This document shows, one piece after another, positions 36,367 through 39,573 of a stretch of DNA of 39,573 nucleotides. How positions within the stretch are numbered: position 1 is the stretch's first letter; every line of letters starts with the position of its first letter. This DNA is from an uncultured Pseudomonadales bacterium. Its GTDB lineage: Bacteria > Patescibacteriota > Microgenomatia > UBA1400 > MFAQ01. The position numbers and the translations under genes are program-made. The notes under the pieces are model-generated. The model was given only the letters and a program-made list of their open reading frames with translations. It was not told the DNA's origin and did not search any database. Location of the stretch: positions 1 through 39,573 of the forward strand of contig CAZIPD010000002.1 in assembly GCA_964541175.1 (NCBI GenBank), read 5' to 3'.

Positions 36367-37341
36367 ATGCTTACCCCTGAACAACTCAAGAACAAGAATG
36401 TCATCATCCGTGCCGATCTGGACGTGCCTGTCAAGGACGGTAGGGTAGAGAATGACTATCGCCTCGAGGCTCTACTCCCCACCATCGGTTTCTGCCTTGA
36501 AAATGCCCGGCACACTCTTCTGATAGGGCATATGGGTCGCCCGGAAGGAAAAGATCCTTCTCTGAGCCTGGCTCCCGTTCAAGAGTGGTTAAAATCACGC
36601 CTGAATCGCGATATTCCCTTTATTCCTTCGGGTTTTTCTCCAGGGGAGTGGTGGACAGGGGACTTCCCTCTCTCCCTCCTTGAGAACTTACGCTTCGATC
36701 CGGGTGAAGAAAAAGAAGATAGGGAATTCGCCTCCCAAATTGCCACCGGAGCGGATATTTACATTTATGAAGCATTTTCGACATACAGACCCTGCGCCTC
36801 CATGCGCATAATACCCGAACTTGTGCCTACATACACCGGACTCAGGTTCGACAAAGAGGTGACTACGCTCGCCAAGGTCCTTGAGCGACCCGCACACCCC
36901 ACCCTACTCATCGTCTCGGGCGCGAAGACCGACAAACTGGAGATCATTGACAAGCTCCGACCTCATTTTGACCGTGTCCTTCTTGGTGGTAAGCTGGCAC
37001 AGCCTCAGTTCCTCACCGTCGATGGCTTAGACCTCAACGACGGGGCCATTTCCCTATTCTCCCAAGAGATAGCCAAAGCCAAGATGATCGTATTCAACGC
37101 CCCCCCCGGGGTCTATGAGGACGGGATACACGCCAAAGGCACCAAAAGCCTCCTCCTAAGCCTCAAAGACTCGTCTGCCTTCACTATTCTTGGAGGCGGT
37201 GATACCCTGGCCGCGATACCCTCTCTGGGCTTTGCGTATACCGACTACGGGTTTGTCTCTACCGGTGGCGGTGCCATGCTCGAATATCTGGCCACAGGCA
37301 CGCATCCCCTCCTGGAGGTACTAAAATCCCTAAAAAAATAG
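36367..37341 (+). CDS. pgk: phosphoglycerate kinase (short form)
   Basis: 324 aa from ATG 36367 (MLTPEQLKNKNVIIRADLDVPV...), with GHMGRPEG, FNAPPGVYE, GGGDTLAAI and STGGGAMLEYL. Confidence 0.88.
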   Translation: MLTPEQLKNKNVIIRADLDVPVKDGRVENDYRLEALLPTIGFCLENARHTLLIGHMGRPEGKDPSLSLAPVQEWLKSRLNRDIPFIPSGFSPGEWWTGDFPLSLLENLRFDPGEEKEDREFASQIATGADIYIYEAFSTYRPCASMRIIPELVPTYTGLRFDKEVTTLAKVLERPAHPTLLIVSGAKTDKLEIIDKLRPHFDRVLLGGKLAQPQFLTVDGLDLNDGAISLFSQEIAKAKMIVFNAPPGVYEDGIHAKGTKSLLLSLKDSSAFTILGGGDTLAAIPSLGFAYTDYGFVSTGGGAMLEYLATGTHPLLEVLKSLKK

Positions 37342-37395
37342 TAATATTGAGTATGGATCGCCAAGGTGCGACCGTTTAGTAATCAATATTACTGT
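37338..37395 (+). other. long intergenic stem-loop bridging the pgk stop and the gap start
   Basis: ATAGTAATATTGA (37338-37350) pairs with TCAATATTACTGT (37383-37395): 13 bp including one G-U, 11 of them a perfect inverted repeat. An inner GGATCGC/GCGACC helix is present. Confidence 0.5.
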
Positions 37396-37397
37396 CC

Positions 37398-38486
<1,089 letters not shown>

Positions 38487-38526
38487 CTCTCGGAAAAAAT
38501 ATCCGTTGAACTGAACGATGTTTGTG

Positions 38527-38598
38527 AGGCCGGTGCCGGAGTCGAACCGGCGCATGGCGGTTTTGCAGACCGCAGCGTTACCCCTTCGCCAACCGGCC
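38527..38598 (-). tRNA. tRNA-Cys (anticodon GCA)
   Basis: I folded the cloverleaf by hand. Acceptor stem is GGCCGGU/ACCGGCC. The D arm is GCGA...(A)CGC with an A13-A22 mismatch. The anticodon stem GCGGU/ACCGC closes the loop CUGCAAA. The variable loop is CAUGC. The T arm is GCCGG-UUCGACU-CCGGC. The discriminator is U73. No CCA is encoded. Confidence 0.9.
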
Positions 38599-38643
38599 GA
38601 AATCTTTCATATTTTAGCATCTATCTGGTACACTAAGCTTAAT

Positions 38644-39534
38644 ATGAAATCGAGACTAATTAGTTTCCTGAGCCTGCTTCTTTTTTCTGTCTTTCTCTCA
38701 GGTTGTAGCCTCAATATCTTCTCTCGCCGTTCGGGAACTCAAATTACCTCCAATCCCCAAGCCGAGATCACCATCAATGGTGAAAGCTACGGTAAAACTC
38801 CTTACGTCAACGAAAATTTAAAAGCCGGAGAATACACGATCAGACTCACACCCATAGATCAGGAACTTCAACCATGGGAGATTAAGACAGTCTTCTCCCC
38901 GGGCTATCAAATCATTGTCGATAGACAGTTTGGCAAGACCCAAGACCAATCCAGCAATCATACCCTCTCCTTCGAGAAGCTCAACGACAAAAAGTCTACT
39001 GAAGTTAGCATCATCAGTAATCCCTCAAATATTTCGGTCGCCGTAGATAAAGTCCCTAAAGGTTTTACCAATCGCCCCATCGAAAATATAGAGGTCGGAG
39101 AACATACCTTTGATTTCTCCGCTCCTGGATACCAAGACAAACGGGTCCAGGGCCGTGTATTTGCCGGTCAGCGCCTGGTCATCAATGTCACTCTGGCAAC
39201 GGCCCCGGTCGTTCCCACTCCTACGCCCTCACCTCTTGCTACTCCCTCAGCTACCCCTTCCCCGTCAAAGGGAGCCTCTACGATCACTCCTCTTCCCAAA
39301 CAGGCCACGATCTCCGCCCTCCTTGTGAAACCATATGTGGAAATAGTCTCCCCGGTTATGACCTGGGCTAGAGTTAGAGCTGAAGCGAGTATCTCATCGG
39401 ATGAGCTGGCAAAGGTGAACCACGGAGACTCCTTTAACTACAAAGATATGGAAACCGCCGGTTGGTACTACATAGAATACCTCAAGGACAAATGGGGCTA
39501 TGTTTCAAGTCAGTACGCCAAGCTCGTCAAATAA
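38644..39534 (+). CDS. lipoprotein with two PEGA-like domains, a Pro/Thr/Ser linker and a C-terminal bacterial SH3 domain
   Basis: 296 aa from ATG 38644. The signal peptide and lipobox are MKSRLISFLSLLLFSVFLSGC. PEGA-like segments are ITINGESYGKTPYVNENLKAGEYTIRL and ISVAVDKVPKGFTNRPIENIEVGEHTF. The SH3-like segment is ARVRAEASISSDELAKVNHGDSF...GWYYIEY...WGYVSSQY. Confidence 0.7.
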   Translation: MKSRLISFLSLLLFSVFLSGCSLNIFSRRSGTQITSNPQAEITINGESYGKTPYVNENLKAGEYTIRLTPIDQELQPWEIKTVFSPGYQIIVDRQFGKTQDQSSNHTLSFEKLNDKKSTEVSIISNPSNISVAVDKVPKGFTNRPIENIEVGEHTFDFSAPGYQDKRVQGRVFAGQRLVINVTLATAPVVPTPTPSPLATPSATPSPSKGASTITPLPKQATISALLVKPYVEIVSPVMTWARVRAEASISSDELAKVNHGDSFNYKDMETAGWYYIEYLKDKWGYVSSQYAKLVK

Positions 39535-39573
39535 AATAACTAAAGATATCTCTCCTTATTTTCCTCTGCCCAT

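Noticed and set aside
38518-38643. N-terminal 42-aa extension of the PEGA/SH3 lipoprotein ORF
   Set aside because: The extension is the reverse complement of tRNA-Cys. The signal peptide plus lipobox start at ATG 38644.

Overview
This 39.6-kb chromosomal window spans the replication-origin neighbourhood of a small, streamlined bacterial genome that uses the standard genetic code. Gene content and protein style suggest a Patescibacteria/CPR-type organism, but this is inference only: a PrgI/VirB4 module, a DUF4012 protein, a short Jag, many Pro-rich linkers and TM-anchored exoproteins. Core layout: dnaN and dnaA lie on the minus strand, with DnaA boxes and an AT-rich element in the dnaA-dnaN spacer. 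The rpmH-rnpA-yidD-yidC-jag array runs divergently on the plus strand. Further housekeeping genes are rnhA, rplY, valS, tsaD, groES-groEL behind a CIRCE operator, an alkA-like glycosylase, pgk-gap and tRNA-Cys(GCA). Five things stand out. (1) A five-gene Gram-positive-type T4SS-like operon (60-7658) abuts dnaN: PrgI-like fusion, P-loop-less VirB4-N-like protein, VirB4 ATPase, a 1022-aa TM/M23 hydrolase and an anchored beta-propeller. (2) A six-gene plus-strand array (23487-31507) ends in a soluble VirD4/TraD-like ATPase fused in frame to a NUDIX domain. That gene overlaps the next gene by 205 nt out of frame. (3) A compact T-box leader with a textbook antiterminator/terminator switch lies upstream of valS. 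(4) The candidate oriC is bipartite and carries TAG-trio repeats next to a DnaA box. (5) Structured or palindromic elements surround pgk-gap. I saw no CRISPR array, transposase, integrase or rRNA. All functional calls rest on motif recognition by eye, and no database search was possible.
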